A stretch of DNA of 63,985 nucleotides, the filler included, from Olpidium bornovanus S191 (Eukaryota; Fungi; Olpidiomycota): assembly GCA_017911155.1 (NCBI GenBank). It is 26 parts of 26 records of this genome, joined end to end, with 100 filler letters (N's around TTAATTAATTAA, not from the genome) between each part and the next. Parts side by side here need not be neighbours in the genome. Positions count along the whole stretch, not along the records: positions 61,261 to 62,665 come from JAEFCI010003099.1; positions 62,766 to 63,985 come from JAEFCI010008282.1; 24 more parts are not named here. One strand, given 5' to 3'. Below, piece by piece: positions 61,365 through 63,985 of this stretch. Numbering within the stretch: the first letter of the stretch is position 1; each line of letters begins with the position of its first letter. Below the pieces are notes generated by a model. That model saw only the letters and a program-made list of their open reading frames with translations, did not search any database and was not told where the DNA came from. Made by a program: the position numbers and the translations under genes.

Positions 61365-61924
61365 CTTGTGCGTCCCCCGGAGTCGGTTCCTTGATGGTCA
61401 TGTGGACGATGGTGTTCACCCCCGCGGGGATCTTGTTCCCCTCTAACGTGGAGTTGTCTGCAAGAAACCGGCCCAGGTGAACGACCCTCAGCGACGCGGC
61501 GGAAGCGGGGGTTTCGTCCGCCCACTCTGCTTTGCAGGAAAAAAGCGGCGACGGGGCGTAAGCGGTGTGCGTTTTGCGAGCGAAGGAAGCCGGTGGCGGG
61601 GGGGGGGGGGGGGGTGGGGGGGGGGGGGGGGCGGGGGGGGGGGGGGGGGGGGGGGATTAACAGGGTCCCTCCCTGACACGTTTCCGCGCGCAACCGCGCA
61701 GGTTGAGGCGTCTCTCCTCGACGTGAAAAGGATCCCCGCGTGGACCGCCGTAACGCACCCGTTGGCCAATTTGCGGCGACATGCGCCTTGACCTGCTCGA
61801 TGGTGTCTTTCGGGTTGAACAAGAACGGGTGCCGCTTCCCGGAGACCAGCAGTACGGTGAGCTGCACCTTGTCGCCGGGGACACCGGCTGGCGCGGCGGC
61901 GTCCGCATCTGGCACAGCAGACAT
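61365..61924 (-). CDS. UBL3: UBL3/MUB-like ubiquitin-fold protein (terminal exon missing)
   Basis: VQLTVLLVSGKRHPFLFNPKDTIEQVKAHVAANWP|EW..ETPASAASLRVVHLGRFLADNSTL...IPAGVNTIVHMTIK, versus UBL3 LILVSGKTKEFLFSP...NWP..W...LRLIYQGRFL. Confidence 0.85.
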
Positions 61925-62290
61925 TGCTCGTCACCGGCACAATGAGTAAAAAAAAAAAAAGAGCCCCGGTGCCGCTTGGAGCAAGGAGACGAGACGCCTG
62001 CTCCGCCCTCGCTTCTCCTGGGGGACTGTTTTTTTTTTTTGCTCCCCCCGGGGTCGTCCGACGGGTCGGGGCGCCCCCCCGCACCCACCCGCTGAAGTAG
62101 ACAACCTGGCAGAGTGTGAAAACCGGTCAGGCTTTCGAGCGAGCCATCTTCGGCCGAGGAGGCCGAATGACCCCGGCACGAACTTGCCCCTCTGCTGCGT
62201 GACCGGATATTTTCGGCAGCGGGCTAGACAAAGGATCTTTGTTCAGGCTGGCCGGGAAACTGGGGGCCGTTAACGCCGAGCGCCGTCTTT

Positions 62291-62346
<56 letters not shown>

Positions 62347-62906
62347 CCCCCCCCCCCCCGCCGCCGCACCCCACAACGCCCGCGACCAGAAAAGCCGACT
62401 GCAGTGTGAGCTCCTTTGGCCGGCGCGCGCAAGATCGGCGAAAAGTCGAAGGGGCTTTTCCCGCCGCCGCCGTTTCGCTCACCGCTCCCGCGAGTCCTCG
62501 GCTTTCCGTTTTCCCCCCCCCCGGCGGCGGATTGCCGGGTCCGGCAGCTGGGGGGGGGCGGTTGGTCGGAGGGCCGGGCGGCAACACAGCGTCCGACGCA
62601 GTCGCGCCGACGGAGGGGCGCAGCGACGCGTCGCAGTCGCCGATCGGGGGGGGGGGGGGGTTCGTNNNNNNNNNNNNNNNNNNNNNNNNNNNNNNNNNNN
62701 NNNNNNNNNTTAATTAATTAANNNNNNNNNNNNNNNNNNNNNNNNNNNNNNNNNNNNNNNNNNNNCACTCCGCGCTACGTCAAGATTGGTCAACCGCGGT
62801 ACTTTGCGCTAAGGTCAAAATTGGTCGGTCGTGACGGGAGGTCCTATAGAAGCAAACTGCGAGGCCTGGTACGCGTAGAACGCATGCTCGGCCGCCGCTC
62901 AAACCC

Positions 62907-63870
62907 TCATGTTGGGTTGTCCACGACGATCTCACCACCTTCCTCGAGGTGGACCACGCTATCAAGGGCGACAGGCACAAACCGGTACTTCATAAGCCGA
63001 CTGCGCAGTCGCACCGACGACTGCGGCTCCGGTGCGTGGTCACGGGCGCGCTTCAGGTCGCTCGCGCTGGGGAGCGCATCAGGCGGGCAGCGGTCAGCCT
63101 CGAAGACGTCGACGACGTTCACGCAGGTGTTCCGGTGCGTGTAGTTCTGCATCTCGTGCAGAGAGCCGTGCAGGAGCGACGACAGCAAAATGCGGAGCAG
63201 GCGGCCGTGTACTTCGGTTTTTGGGGGACGGGGACGGGGACGGGGGCCGGCGATAAGTTCAAGGGGTGAGAAAACCAAAGCGGGGCCGGGTCCACGTCGA
63301 GGCGAGGCAAGTGATCCCACGAAGCCGCGCAGCTCGGCGGCGCACGGGGTCTTTCAAGCTTGCCCGTGGCGCTGGGCGCAGACGCCGCCTCGGGATTCGC
63401 ACACCCACCTACGACCAGGACGACCTTCTTGTCGGGCGAGTCGCAGATGATTTTTTCCAGCGCGCCCACGGCGCGCTCCTCGACGTGTCGGGGTGACTCG
63501 CCGCTCGGTGCGCAAGCTGCTCGGAGGCAAAAACGTAGAGAGTTTTCCCGCCACGTCAGCCCGGGGGGTAAACGCCTGCGTCGTCGCGATCCTGTTCCTG
63601 CTTTGGCAGGACCGCCGGAGACCACCCGTCCCCGACGCACGCACGCGAACGCCTGGAGGCGTCGCAGGGTTGAGCAGGCGGCGCCGGAAGGGAGTCGCTC
63701 ACCGTCGAAGTCCCACTCGTCCCAGGCCTTCATGAGCCCGGTGAGGTCGGGTTTGAGCACGCCCTCCCACTCTCCCCAGCTAATCTCGCAGAGGTCCACG
63801 TCCTCGACGTAAGGTGTCGACTGGGGTAGCACAGCCCTGACTTCCGCGGCTGTCTGCTGTGCTCTCTAGG
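62907..63870 (-). CDS. Histidine phosphatase / phosphoglycerate mutase family protein (5' truncated)
   Basis: LRAQQTA, DLCEISWGEWEG, GESPRHVEERAVGAL, VVLVV.HGRLLRILL, NTCVNVV. Confidence 0.9.
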
Positions 63871-63890
63871 TGCGGCGGCAAAGGAGGAGG

Positions 63891-63939
<49 letters not shown>

Positions 63940-63942
63940 GGT

Positions 63943-63985
<43 letters not shown>

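Overview
This window is not one locus. It is 26 short contigs (about 1.1-5.4 kb) joined by 25 artificial 100-nt linkers (N44-TTAATTAATTAA-N44), so gene neighbourhood across linkers means nothing. The DNA is GC-rich, intron-rich eukaryotic nuclear sequence. Fungal-type housekeeping genes (GDH2, URA5, FES1, PEX5, UBP8, ACC1, GUS1, FCF1, RAD23, ERCC8/CSA, SPF45, TBCA, UBL3-like, DDHD phospholipase, proteinase K-type subtilase, Kre9/Knh1-like GPI protein) occur together with axonemal genes (DNAL4, DLEC1/CFAP81). That combination points to a flagellated, zoosporic early-diverging fungus (inference). Most genes are partial. Decayed Ty3/Gypsy (three places) and Ty1/Copia remnants and one atypical tRNA-like gene are present. 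The strongest unexplained pattern is that 23 of 52 contig ends lie at or within 3 nt of CATG, and at least two internal CATG sites join unrelated genes (formin/LRR at 21844; SPF45/repeat ORF at 3055). This most likely reflects a CATG cut-and-ligate (NlaIII-type) library artefact, so any apparent fusion in these contigs needs caution. Leading biological candidates: a well-folded tRNA with anticodon GGG and C33; a Gypsy derivative with an intact extra Ala-rich ORF ending exactly at the PPT/LTR boundary; a Gly-Tyr repeat exon missed by the ORF track; a bacterial-type class III adenylyl cyclase C-terminus; and recurrent AAG acceptors, GTTCG donors and micro-exons. I found no convincing wholly new multi-gene system.
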